A stretch of DNA of 44,391 nucleotides from the UHGV virus genome UHGV-0019040; one strand, 5' to 3'. Positions 23,638-32,935 of this stretch are shown piece after piece (position 1 is the stretch's first letter; every line of letters starts with the position of its first letter). Below the pieces are notes generated by a model. That model was not told the origin of the DNA, ran no database searches, and saw nothing but the letters and a program-made list of their open reading frames with translations. The position numbers and the translations under genes are program-made. This DNA is from a virus.

Positions 23638-25798
23638 CACGCAGTCAGGGCGCTTCAAGCTTAAGAATGAGCTTGAGTTGTCTTCGTTTATACATCAGAG
23701 CGCCCTCTTACAAGCCATAGATGACTATAAGGACAGGAGTTATTTCTTCCTGCTGGGCGGCTATGGCTGCCTTACAGGGGATTCTTTACTAGATACGAAA
23801 AAAGGCCCTATGCCTTTACACAGCTTTAATGGGGGCTATGTAAAGACTATAGACCTCACCACAAAAAAGACATTGTATAAATACTGTACAAGGCCGGCTG
23901 TATACAATAGGCCTGTGTTTACAGTAAATCTTTCAGGGGATGAGCGCTCTTCCATTCAGTGCAATAGTGCTCACCAGCTCTATTGCCTCTCTGGTAATTG
24001 TCTACCTTTGGCATTCTTGCTTTCTCATCACGCGTTGCATGAAGTTTCTGTATTCCTTCAACACTTACATTGTGAGGAATACCAGCATGCTCAAGGGCAA
24101 GATGTTCACCATTACTTTGGAAAAGTTCTAGGTTCTCTGCTCTGTTGTCTAATGTGTTTCCATTCTTATGGTGAACAACCTCAGATTTATTTAGAAGACG
24201 GCCTAGTTTCGACTCCATTACAAGGCGGTGTTCATACACATAGCCCTTGTTTGAGTAAGAATGCTGCCGGAATCTTATCTTCATGTACCCGTCTTTATCG
24301 ACAATTGCACCGCCTTTATAAGACCCATTCAGGTGGCCAGTCGGACCGCCTCTTGGGAGCTCTCCGCGGAGCTTGTACTTCCATATTGTATCGCCGACTA
24401 CTCCTTGACTTTTACCAAGCCTGTCGGCAATCTCTCTTGTTGTCAGGCCTTGCTCAATCAGTTCCTGCAGGACAGGAACCCACTTCTTACATAGGAATCC
24501 CATACGTACCTCCTGTAAAGATTATAGCTGGTGACGGGGGTTTTGTAAATATCGAATCCGCCTATTATAGCGGAAGGAAAGATATATATGAGCTGCATGT
24601 TCCGTCGACACATAACTACATAGCGAATGGTATACTGCATCATAACTGTGGAAAGTCGTTTACAGGTGTACTTGCGATACTAAAATTGTATAACATGTTC
24701 AAAGGCCATGAGGTAACTGTTGGTATTGGGGGCACAAGCCAGACATTGCTGCGGCTCACTTTATTGTCAGACCTGTTCAAGGTCCTTAACAATGCCCACA
24801 TAAAGTACCACCATAACAAGCAGGAGCATGTAATCACTATAGGTACAGTGCATTTTGTGTATATAAACTGCTCAAACCCTGATGACATATTTGCGTATAA
24901 CTTCACCGCGTTTATATTTGACGAGCTTGACGAGCTGCCGCAGCAGACAGCTGTGGACGCGTTCAAAGCGGTGCAGGAGCGTTCCAGGGTCCTTTGTCCA
25001 GACGGAAGGAAGAGTATATTCATAGGGCTTACGACGGCGCAAGGGCTCCGCGGCTGTTACCAGATTGTACAGATGCTGAAAGAGAAGCGCAGTAAGTATG
25101 TCCTTGTGCGCGGACTGACAAAGAACAACACGACCCTTGACCCTGACTATGTAAAAAGGCTCTATGACCTCTACAGCAAGGAGGAGCAGGAGGCTTTCCT
25201 TGAGGGCAAGTTTGTGAACCTTACCACAGGGCGCGTGTACAAGGACTTTGATGAAAGGACATGTGTTTACGACCCCTCAAAAATATTGTATAATAATGAG
25301 CCTGTGACAGTGGGCCAGGACCTCAACAGCGGGTTCTCAAAGGCCTGCGCCATATTTGAGAGGGACGGTATCTACTATATCTGCCGGGACTTCTCATTCA
25401 ATATTGTGGGTGACGCGCCGCGTGAGCTGCGTGATACATTTCCTTGTAGCCAGATAGACTGGTGGCCTGACGCCTCCTCTAAGGAGATTATGGCAGGGTA
25501 CCAGCGGGAGATAGCCGAGGCTGGCATAATTCTTCACCAGCCTCCTGTAAACCCTAGCGTAAATGAGCGTATACTTGTTGTCAATAAGCTGTTCAAGACA
25601 GGCAAGATGCTCGTGTCTAGGGACTGCAAGGAGCTGATAATGGCGCTTAAGACACGTCAGTTCGACATGAACGGCAAGCCTGAGAAGGGAAAAGGGCCTA
25701 AGGACCCTGACCATATCTGTGATGCTCTTGAGTACGGGGTATGGAACAAGAGCAATATCAAGTCCCTGCGTGAGGCCCTTGACAGGCTTTTCAGCTGA
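23609..25798 (+). CDS. terL: Terminase large subunit, interrupted by an intein inside the Walker A P-loop (extein about 436 aa)
   Basis: N-extein ends ...FFLLGGYG, C-extein begins CGKSFTG, so splicing restores the Walker A sequence GGYGCGKS. Walker B AFIFDELDE. Nuclease-domain region toward the C-terminus. Confidence 0.85.
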   Translation: MTGKKKLKSNTQSGRFKLKNELELSSFIHQSALLQAIDDYKDRSYFFLLGGYGCLTGDSLLDTKKGPMPLHSFNGGYVKTIDLTTKKTLYKYCTRPAVYNRPVFTVNLSGDERSSIQCNSAHQLYCLSGNCLPLAFLLSHHALHEVSVFLQHLHCEEYQHAQGQDVHHYFGKVLGSLLCCLMCFHSYGEQPQIYLEDGLVSTPLQGGVHTHSPCLSKNAAGILSSCTRLYRQLHRLYKTHSGGQSDRLLGALRGACTSILYRRLLLDFYQACRQSLLLSGLAQSVPAGQEPTSYIGIPYVPPVKIIAGDGGFVNIESAYYSGRKDIYELHVPSTHNYIANGILHHNCGKSFTGVLAILKLYNMFKGHEVTVGIGGTSQTLLRLTLLSDLFKVLNNAHIKYHHNKQEHVITIGTVHFVYINCSNPDDIFAYNFTAFIFDELDELPQQTAVDAFKAVQERSRVLCPDGRKSIFIGLTTAQGLRGCYQIVQMLKEKRSKYVLVRGLTKNNTTLDPDYVKRLYDLYSKEEQEAFLEGKFVNLTTGRVYKDFDERTCVYDPSKILYNNEPVTVGQDLNSGFSKACAIFERDGIYYICRDFSFNIVGDAPRELRDTFPCSQIDWWPDASSKEIMAGYQREIAEAGIILHQPPVNPSVNERILVVNKLFKTGKMLVSRDCKELIMALKTRQFDMNGKPEKGKGPKDPDHICDALEYGVWNKSNIKSLREALDRLFS
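23768..24646 (+). mobile_element. Intein (293 aa) in terL. Hint blocks A/B are at its N-terminus and blocks F/G at its C-terminus. The central region has no recognisable sense-strand domain.
   Basis: Begins CLTGDSLLDT (block A) and ends DIYELHVPSTHNYIANGILHHN, followed by Cys (blocks F/G, HN|C). The open frame is maintained throughout. The central 180 aa are H/C/L/Q-rich low complexity. Confidence 0.8.
23919..24503 (-). CDS. HNH homing endonuclease with an N-terminal HTH, encoded antisense within the terL intein
   Basis: GYVYEHRLVME ... VVHHKNGNTLDNRAENLEL is a canonical HNH_3 motif. N-terminal LTTREIADRLGKSQ helix-turn-helix. Its own expression signals sit on the minus strand: TATAAT, then AGGAGG, then 5 nt, then ATG. 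Confidence 0.75.
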   Translation of the reverse strand: MGFLCKKWVPVLQELIEQGLTTREIADRLGKSQGVVGDTIWKYKLRGELPRGGPTGHLNGSYKGGAIVDKDGYMKIRFRQHSYSNKGYVYEHRLVMESKLGRLLNKSEVVHHKNGNTLDNRAENLELFQSNGEHLALEHAGIPHNVSVEGIQKLHATRDEKARMPKVDNYQRGNRAGEHYCTEWKSAHPLKDLL

Positions 25799-25811
25799 TT
25801 TTGGAGGAAAA

Positions 25812-27452
25812 ATGTTAAACTTTGAGGAAGCCAGAAGCAGTACAGACAGCAAACTGTTCAAAGAAGTGTACGGGATATTGTCCAGGGGCAAGAGGCAAGG
25901 CTCATTTACAGCCGACGGTACAGGCCGTAGGTCTCATACGATAGGTGATATTGACGAGATTAAGGCTGTAACATGGGACCATATCCTCGCGTCAAGGGCT
26001 GCGGCAGGCGAGGAGACAGTATCTGTTGATGAGGTGCGCAGAAGCCTTAGGATGACAAAGGACAGTTTCTATAACCCTATGTCTAAAGTTGGTACACATG
26101 AGGACCCTAGCACATTCTCAGCGGCTACTATCCCTGTAGCCATTGGACCTTTTGACGCGACAAGTATATATTCATCTGGCGGCCTGGCTGAGATTATAAT
26201 TAACAAGAAGTCAAAGGGTGTATTGCTAAACGGCTATAAGTTTGAAAGCCAGAATAAGAAGATATGGACAGAAGAAAAGCTTGACCTTATAAAAGAGAAG
26301 CTTGACCAGACAGGGTTTATAGATAAGCTTGTAGACACTATGCGTGACGGCTTCTTGTACGGCGGCGCTGTGCTATACCCTGTTTTTAAGAATGACTCCG
26401 GTGAGTCGTTCTCTTATACACCACAGGAGCTTCTGAGACGCGGCCTGCTGCACAAGGACTGTATATCACGATGGGTAGAAGTGGACAGATGGAATACTGT
26501 TCTTGTACCTGAATATAATGTGACAGCTGAGGACTACATGTCAGCCAAGTCGTACTATATTCCTCTGTCTGGTACAGAGGTAAGCACAGGACGCAGTGTC
26601 ATTGTAAAGCCTAAGCGCCTGCCCTATTGGGGCGCGATACGTCAGCTTGGCTGGGGTGTATCTGACCTTGAGGGTTATATGCGTTCTATCTTTGGCTATG
26701 AGATGTCTATAGCATCTATACCTCTTATGGCGCAGCAGATGTCGCTTCTTTTGTATGAGATGCCGCTTGACTCTTTGTTCTCACAGCTTGGTGTAGACGC
26801 CGTAAAGAAACTCATGAGGGAAAACACTGAGCAGATGAAGGACTGGAGTATGGCAAATCCTAAGGTCCTTAATGCGTTCGGAAAAGTATATACTGTAAAC
26901 AGGACATATACAGGTTACCCAGAGCTTATGCTTACAATGCGTCAAGACATAGCGGCACAGTCAGGTATACCTGAGTCTGTATTGTTCCATACACAGCCTA
27001 AAGGGTTCAGTAATAATACAGAGGAAGTGCTCCTGAAAGAGTCACAGACTGTAAAACTGGCCCAGCAGTCTATACTTCCTAGCCTGGATTTTATTGTGCC
27101 GTATGCTGTTATAAACGCGTTCGGTGAGGACAGTGAGGAGGCCAGGTTCATAAAGGATGTGCATTTCTCATTTGATACACCTGTTGTGGCCACTGACTCA
27201 GAGCGTGCTGAGACTTCCGCCAGGTTCGCCGCCGCTGTAAACAGCTTGAGGCAGGCTGGTGTGCCTATTGCTTCTGCTATAACAATAATACAGCAGTTCT
27301 TCCGGGACGTAAGGATTCCACAGGAGACAATGCAGCTAATACAGGAGAAGCAGGACAATATACGGCTTAATGATGACCTTGTAAACGCAGATGCGCTGCA
27401 GGGGTTAATAAATAATATTGGAGGTAACAAAGATGTCACAGCTGATAACTGA
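25812..27452 (+). CDS. Portal protein
   Basis: About 546-aa ORF immediately after terL. RBS TTGGAGGaaaaATG. Size and position typical of a portal. Confidence 0.6.
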   Translation: MLNFEEARSSTDSKLFKEVYGILSRGKRQGSFTADGTGRRSHTIGDIDEIKAVTWDHILASRAAAGEETVSVDEVRRSLRMTKDSFYNPMSKVGTHEDPSTFSAATIPVAIGPFDATSIYSSGGLAEIIINKKSKGVLLNGYKFESQNKKIWTEEKLDLIKEKLDQTGFIDKLVDTMRDGFLYGGAVLYPVFKNDSGESFSYTPQELLRRGLLHKDCISRWVEVDRWNTVLVPEYNVTAEDYMSAKSYYIPLSGTEVSTGRSVIVKPKRLPYWGAIRQLGWGVSDLEGYMRSIFGYEMSIASIPLMAQQMSLLLYEMPLDSLFSQLGVDAVKKLMRENTEQMKDWSMANPKVLNAFGKVYTVNRTYTGYPELMLTMRQDIAAQSGIPESVLFHTQPKGFSNNTEEVLLKESQTVKLAQQSILPSLDFIVPYAVINAFGEDSEEARFIKDVHFSFDTPVVATDSERAETSARFAAAVNSLRQAGVPIASAITIIQQFFRDVRIPQETMQLIQEKQDNIRLNDDLVNADALQGLINNIGGNKDVTADN

Positions 27453-28716
27453 AGATAGCAAGGCGGCGTACAAGCCACTTAAGCTTGTAAAGCATGTCGC
27501 CATAGCCCATTCAGGTATATATACATACTCTAAAAAGGAGCTGGGTACACTCAACCTTGATGACAGTACAGTTCCTGAGAAGTACAAGGACTTTGACAAG
27601 TTTAATGTATACAGGCCGGTATCTTTGTTTGTGGGTACCGCTGACCTGTTTACGAACCTTCCTGTTACAGTAGAACATCCAGACACTCTTGTAGATGAAT
27701 ACAACTGCAGGGATTTAATGAAAGGGTTTACAGGAAATGATTCTGAGATTATAATGGAAGATGGTGAGGCTTATGTACATTCTACCCTGACCCTGATTGA
27801 CAAGGACGCCATAGCATATTATGAGGATAACCATAGGGAGGTAAGTCCGGGATATATCTCAAGGTGTATCTGGGAAGAAGGTGAGCATAACGGCGTGCCT
27901 TACCAGATTAAAATGGTGAGTATCGAGGATGTTAACCATCTTGCTCTTACTGTATGTGGACGTGGCGGCAAGACTGCCTGTGTAAGGGACAGTAAAGACT
28001 GCAGAATGGGCCTTCTTGCCTGGACAAAACTGACTATGGATAGTAAAGATATTAGGGAAAAAATAAGCAAAGTAGCAGAGGACTCTTCTTTTATAGCGCC
28101 GATAATACAGAGCATGTCTGATATTCCGGATGTAAACAGCAAGGAGCTTTTTATGGCATGCCTTGATGATATGAAGAACGCCTCTACTATGGAGCCTACT
28201 GTAATTAAGGCCGCAATTGATAAGCTGTTACAGATATATGACAAGCTTATTGATGAGTGCGGTTCTGAATATAACATAGGAGGAACTATGGCTACAGAGA
28301 ATACTGAAGAAAAGCAGACTGTAGATTATGCCCCTGGTGCGACAGGCACGGCAGGCACTGGCACACAGCAGCCTGCAGAACAGTCTAAGCCAGAAGAAAA
28401 GCCTGCAGAAAAACCGGCTGAGATTAAAGATGAGAAGCCTGCAGAAAAACCAGCTGAGCTTAAAGATGAGAAGCCTGCAGAAACTGAGACAAAGGACGAG
28501 GAGCCTTTTGCAAAAGTTGCCAGTGTACTGTCTGAAGTTTTGTCAGAACTCAAGGCTATTCATACTGCTCTTGGCAGTAAGCCGGCGACAGATGCCTGCG
28601 ACAGTCCTGAAAAGACTGTAGAAAAACCTGAGGCAACAAAGGATTCTGCTGTTGTAGAAGACACAACAGACCATGGAGTATCTATTGAAGACTTCATGGC
28701 TGATATGAGGAGATAA
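27433..28716 (+). CDS. Head scaffolding / head-morphogenesis protein (DUF2213-like N-terminal domain plus PAEKP-repeat acidic tail)
   Basis: RBS TTGGAGGtaacaaagATG. The C-terminal half contains near-perfect repeats (KPAEKPAEIKDEKPAEKPAELKDEKPAE) typical of scaffold-like proteins. Lies between the portal and capsid genes. Confidence 0.4.
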   Translation: MSQLITEDSKAAYKPLKLVKHVAIAHSGIYTYSKKELGTLNLDDSTVPEKYKDFDKFNVYRPVSLFVGTADLFTNLPVTVEHPDTLVDEYNCRDLMKGFTGNDSEIIMEDGEAYVHSTLTLIDKDAIAYYEDNHREVSPGYISRCIWEEGEHNGVPYQIKMVSIEDVNHLALTVCGRGGKTACVRDSKDCRMGLLAWTKLTMDSKDIREKISKVAEDSSFIAPIIQSMSDIPDVNSKELFMACLDDMKNASTMEPTVIKAAIDKLLQIYDKLIDECGSEYNIGGTMATENTEEKQTVDYAPGATGTAGTGTQQPAEQSKPEEKPAEKPAEIKDEKPAEKPAELKDEKPAETETKDEEPFAKVASVLSEVLSELKAIHTALGSKPATDACDSPEKTVEKPEATKDSAVVEDTTDHGVSIEDFMADMRR

Positions 28717-28718
28717 AA

Positions 28719-29246
28719 ATGATTGTAAAAAATATGTCATTTAATCCTGTAAACTTCAAAGGTACAGGAGCGGTAGACGGCCTGCCGGTATTTGTTCACC
28801 AGTTCCCGCTTACAAAAGGTGGGTATATTGACCTTGAAGCTGAGAATGGTTCAGCTAAGTTCGGCCGCATTGTATGTATAGAGCCTACAGAAAAAGACGC
28901 ATTCAAAGTTGGTAAGACAGCTGATGGCGTGATTGTTGGTATGCTTATTGCTGACCCTACAATCATGAAGAATGACCCTACGATGAATGACTACTACTTC
29001 GCAGGAAGACCTGCTACAGTATGCACATTCGGTCTTGTTCAGATTGCTTCTTGGGACAAAGCTGTTACAGGAGCTGTAACACCGGCACTTGGCACTGTTG
29101 TTGTAGTGAATGATAAAACTGGACAGGTAGGATTCCTTGCAGCAGGAACAACCGCTGCTCCGACAGACTATACACTTTTACCTGGTGTAAAAGTTTATGA
29201 TGTTGACGGACCTAACGGTGTTACATTGTTTGTAGACCTTATCTAA
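28719..29246 (+). CDS. Putative head decoration or minor capsid protein
   Basis: 175-aa Gly/Val/Thr-rich beta-type protein directly upstream of the major capsid gene. RBS GAGGAGataaaaATG. Confidence 0.35.
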   Translation: MIVKNMSFNPVNFKGTGAVDGLPVFVHQFPLTKGGYIDLEAENGSAKFGRIVCIEPTEKDAFKVGKTADGVIVGMLIADPTIMKNDPTMNDYYFAGRPATVCTFGLVQIASWDKAVTGAVTPALGTVVVVNDKTGQVGFLAAGTTAAPTDYTLLPGVKVYDVDGPNGVTLFVDLI

Positions 29247-29256
29247 GGAGTAAGTA

Positions 29257-30564
29257 ATGAATACTAGAGTAAGTAAATCTTGCCGCGGCTTTAATAAAGT
29301 ATTGCGGTCTATTGAAAACGACCCGGCGTTCGCGAAAATTGGTGCAGGCCTTTCTGTAGAAATTGGACCTGAGTCTGAAGCTAATTTCGCTGTTCCGGCA
29401 CACGCACAGGACGCATGCTTCGTAGGTGACTCAGCACGTCTTTTGGACCCTATCGCTTCTGCTGAAGTAGCGGCGCTTTTCAAGAAAGACCCTTCAAAGG
29501 TAAATGTATCGCTTGTATATAACCCGGATAGAAAAGCCTGGTCATATAAGTTCACTAAGGACTCACTTCTTGATGGACAGCAGTTCCTTCCTTGGAATGT
29601 TTCTTACTTTAAGAAAATCTTCCGTGAACCGCTTGCTTACACACATGCTTTTGACCTTGTTGCCCGTGATACCGGTGATAACCCTTGGGCAGAAATCATG
29701 TCCCTTGTAATGGAACAGTATGCAGGCTGGGGTGCAATTGGCTCTGCTGGTGACCTACAGAACAAGATGACAAATGACGTTAATGTAATTAACGGCATGA
29801 TGTCTGCAAGTGTAATCAACATGATGGTTACATACACAATCACACAGGCAGAAAAAGAACGTGCCTCAGGCAAGGGTGCAAATCCTTTCGGTGAGTCTTC
29901 AATCGCCACAAAACAGCGCTATGCAAATTATGTAATGAACATGCTTAAAGCATACATGATTTACTACGGCAACGAGGACACTGAAACAAAGGGCCTCTTG
30001 AATGTAAACCCTGTAAATGTTTATACTGGTGATTCACTTGATGCAATATCTAAAGATACTACAAATGCTGCAAAAGGTAATACAGCGTTCAGAGCACTTG
30101 CAAAAATTGTAAATGACTTCCTTGATGCTTCAGACAACAAGTTTGATACTATCAAGATTGCTATGGCTCCTGCGGCTTACAACCTGCTTACATCTATGCC
30201 ATACTCAGACAATTACAACCCTACAGCAGCGATGAAAATCTTTGCTGAGAACTATCTTTCAGGACGTGGTCCGAACGGCAGCGACCCTAAGATTCAGTTC
30301 TTGTCTGACCCTATGCTCAAGGCAAAATCTGTATTCAACCCTGCTAGTGCAGACTACCTTGTTATCACTGCGCCGACTGTTGGTGCTGGTCCGGATGACC
30401 AGAAACAGGATTTGGTACTCTTTGGAAACCCACTTGACCAGTATATGTTCCCGGCTGTACCAGGTATGTACAATACACAGTTCAAGACAATGTCTCGTGC
30501 TGCTGGTATTTTCGCGCCTGTTCCTAACGCGGTTGCTGTATACCAGGGATTCGGTATAAAATAA
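29257..30564 (+). CDS. Major capsid protein
   Basis: 435 aa. Strong RBS TAAGGAGtaagtaATG. A strong terminator follows. Position after the scaffold and decoration genes. Confidence 0.6.
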   Translation: MNTRVSKSCRGFNKVLRSIENDPAFAKIGAGLSVEIGPESEANFAVPAHAQDACFVGDSARLLDPIASAEVAALFKKDPSKVNVSLVYNPDRKAWSYKFTKDSLLDGQQFLPWNVSYFKKIFREPLAYTHAFDLVARDTGDNPWAEIMSLVMEQYAGWGAIGSAGDLQNKMTNDVNVINGMMSASVINMMVTYTITQAEKERASGKGANPFGESSIATKQRYANYVMNMLKAYMIYYGNEDTETKGLLNVNPVNVYTGDSLDAISKDTTNAAKGNTAFRALAKIVNDFLDASDNKFDTIKIAMAPAAYNLLTSMPYSDNYNPTAAMKIFAENYLSGRGPNGSDPKIQFLSDPMLKAKSVFNPASADYLVITAPTVGAGPDDQKQDLVLFGNPLDQYMFPAVPGMYNTQFKTMSRAAGIFAPVPNAVAVYQGFGIK

Positions 30565-30572
30565 TCACTGAT

Positions 30573-30604
30573 AGCCCGGTGGATATTCTGCCGGGCTTTA
30601 TTTG
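30573..30604 (+). terminator. Rho-independent terminator after the capsid gene (AGCCCGGTGGatattCTGCCGGGCT + TTATTTG)
   Basis: Hairpin and T-tract read directly. Confidence 0.55.
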
Positions 30605-30618
30605 CAAAGGAGACAATT

Positions 30619-31047
30619 ATGGCAAATAAGTATATTATTGGTTATACAAACGTTGAGTACCGTATAGGTGCTGTACTTCTTCCTAAAAGGAACTACAACG
30701 ACTTTGAAAAGCAGCACGGCAAGAAAGCATACACAGAAGTTACTGAAGAGCAGCTTGCTGTATTAAAAGAGAATAGTGTGTTCAATACGCTTCTTGATAA
30801 CAAGATGATTCGTGTACTTGACCATATCCCTAACTTCGCTTTGTCTGGTGAGGACAGGGCTAACCAGAAGTTAAAGGAGACTGAGAAGAAGTATACTGAG
30901 CAGATTGATAAACTGCAGGCGACTGAGAAGAAGTATACTGAGCAGATTGATAAGCTACAGGCGGCTGAGAAGAATTATACTAAGCAGATTGATGAACTGC
31001 AGGCAGAACTTGCCGAGGCCAGGGCTAAACTGGCGGAACTGCTGTAA
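30619..31047 (+). CDS. Coiled-coil protein with three tandem 14-aa repeats (TEKKYTEQIDKLQA)
   Basis: RBS AAAGGAGAcaattATG. A 42-bp DNA repeat x3 at about 30880..31005. C-terminal AELAEARAKLAELL. Confidence 0.5.
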   Translation: MANKYIIGYTNVEYRIGAVLLPKRNYNDFEKQHGKKAYTEVTEEQLAVLKENSVFNTLLDNKMIRVLDHIPNFALSGEDRANQKLKETEKKYTEQIDKLQATEKKYTEQIDKLQAAEKNYTKQIDELQAELAEARAKLAELL

Positions 31048-31156
31048 TTTGTTTTTTAAGGGTCTCCAAGGATGCATTCTTAAAGACATTTTTGAAAGCC
31101 GGTATATGATTTCATTCCCGGCAATTTTATTTTATAATGACACCTGGAGCGTACTG

Positions 31157-31546
31157 ATGACGGTAGAATCATTTATATTTAGGAATAAGTTCAAAGATGG
31201 TCTTACAGATGAAGAGATACAGTTAGCCATTAACAGTATAGAGGCTGACTGGAGCGGAGTCCCTACACTATGGCAGGTACTGCCTAAGAAACAGCGTGAC
31301 AATAAGATAAACCTTACAATGAATTATCTGGTAGCCTGGTGGCTGGCAGACTATGACCCTTCATTGGTTACAGGCGTTTTTGTTACAGGCGGCGTGCCTT
31401 TGCTTGAGAAGGAAATAGGCGGTGTACGCCTCAAATTCCGGGACCAGGAAGTGCAGGACAATTACAGCAAGCTGAAGTCTAATTACTTTGGTCTGCGTGC
31501 CCTTGACCTTCTTTTGTCTGCTCCTGAGAAATACCAGCTTTACTGA
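31157..31546 (+). CDS. Putative head-tail connector / head completion protein (alternative start at 31106)
   Basis: ORF following a conserved intergenic element. GGAG 9 nt upstream of the ATG at about 31157; about 129 aa. Confidence 0.4.
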   Translation: MTVESFIFRNKFKDGLTDEEIQLAINSIEADWSGVPTLWQVLPKKQRDNKINLTMNYLVAWWLADYDPSLVTGVFVTGGVPLLEKEIGGVRLKFRDQEVQDNYSKLKSNYFGLRALDLLLSAPEKYQLY

Positions 31547-31558
31547 TGGAGGTACATA

Positions 31559-31972
31559 ATGGTTTATGGAGACTTCCTAATACACTTCAGTGAGTTGTTT
31601 ATTGAGGTAGACTATTATAAGGACACACCGAATGTTGGCGCGGGGTTTACACGTGAGCACCTTGGAAAGGTGAATGTTATACTACAGCCAGGAAGCGGCG
31701 AACAGCTGCTAGGGCCTTCTGGACGTCTTGCAGGTAGAAGCAATTGGCGTGTGGCTGATTCTTCTGATAATGAGTGCCTGTGGGTAGAGGAAAGTTCCCC
31801 TTTAGAGATAGGCCATACAATACGGCATCCTGATAATAAACAGTTCTACCGTGTTGTTGATTATTCATCCTGGGGGTTTTATGCCGGGTTTAAGTCATTC
31901 AAAATCCAGAAAATACAGGGTAATAACTGTAATAACAATGACAGCATAGAAATAAACCAGGGGGTTTTCTAA
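31559..31972 (+). CDS. Neck / head-tail joining protein (hypothetical)
   Basis: 137-aa ORF in the connector region; GGAGG upstream. Confidence 0.4.
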   Translation: MVYGDFLIHFSELFIEVDYYKDTPNVGAGFTREHLGKVNVILQPGSGEQLLGPSGRLAGRSNWRVADSSDNECLWVEESSPLEIGHTIRHPDNKQFYRVVDYSSWGFYAGFKSFKIQKIQGNNCNNNDSIEINQGVF

Positions 31973-31973
31973 A

Positions 31974-32435
31974 TTGCCCGGACAAGCTAGAATAAACAAT
32001 ATAAAGGATGTTCTGATTGATACTGCTATAGACAGCAAGAACAAGCTTCTTATTACTATTGGAGCTGGTGTAAGCCGACAGAAGCTCTTTGGGTTTATAT
32101 ACGGTAGCAATACAACTACCATTAGCGGCAAGGAGTATAAGATTCCAGGCCGTGATATATTTAAACAGTATATTGAGGATGACGATAACTACACATTTGT
32201 AGTTGAGACACTCAGAAAGTCACTCAGATACCGTTTTAAACATATGAATGTAAAGGAACAGCTTGAGACAGCGGGCAAAGAGATTTGCGCGGATATAGAA
32301 CGGTTCGTCCGTGAGGACAGGCTTAAGCCTGAGAACGGGCCTATATACAAAAAAGAAAAAGGCAATAAGCCAGTAGGTATCAATACCGGTGAGCTTATTG
32401 AGTCCCTGGAGGCTGTATATGTCAGAGAATCTTAG
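31974..32435 (+). CDS. Neck / tail terminator-like protein (hypothetical)
   Basis: 153-aa ORF, tightly packed with its neighbours. Confidence 0.4.
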   Translation: MPGQARINNIKDVLIDTAIDSKNKLLITIGAGVSRQKLFGFIYGSNTTTISGKEYKIPGRDIFKQYIEDDDNYTFVVETLRKSLRYRFKHMNVKEQLETAGKEICADIERFVREDRLKPENGPIYKKEKGNKPVGINTGELIESLEAVYVRES

Positions 32436-32925
32436 GATGTCTAGTCTGCGTGAGTCACTGAACAATATACTGTTTTCCGGCAAAAAAGATGCACTTAGGT
32501 ATATTGTGCCATTACAGGGAAACTGGTACAACCCTACTACAGTGCCAGACAGTAAAAACACGTGGGTAGGCTATTGTATAGACAATATTGTATACAGCAG
32601 TGCCGCTATAAACCGTGGAACTGAGATTATAAGGCAGGCCAAAGCGCAGATACACCTTACATTTATAGGGAACAACGCCGAGGCTATGGCAAATGACATT
32701 GTTTTCTGGCCTTACAGGGCTGATGTTGTCAAAGAGTTTGAAAGGTATGACGGGGTATTGAACAATAAAGACTTCCGCGTGTACACTTCTTTGTATATGC
32801 AGGAAGGCCTTGCCAATACCTTGTGTTATAACATAAATCTTGTTGTTTCATACAATGAGAAAAAAGTAATAAACTCACCTATTCTGTCTAAAGCAGACAT
32901 AACTGGTGAGATAATTGTTAGATAG
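32419..32925 (+). CDS. Tail completion / sheath stabiliser-like protein (hypothetical)
   Basis: Start at MSENLRM, with GGAGGctgtatATG; 168 aa. Confidence 0.4.
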   Translation: MSENLRMSSLRESLNNILFSGKKDALRYIVPLQGNWYNPTTVPDSKNTWVGYCIDNIVYSSAAINRGTEIIRQAKAQIHLTFIGNNAEAMANDIVFWPYRADVVKEFERYDGVLNNKDFRVYTSLYMQEGLANTLCYNINLVVSYNEKKVINSPILSKADITGEIIVR

Positions 32926-32935
32926 GGGGAATACT

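Noticed and set aside
23609-25798. Group I intron, rather than an intein, interrupting terL
   Set aside because: The terL frame is open and uninterrupted across the insertion, and canonical intein blocks A, F and G flank it. An intron would be expected to break the reading frame.
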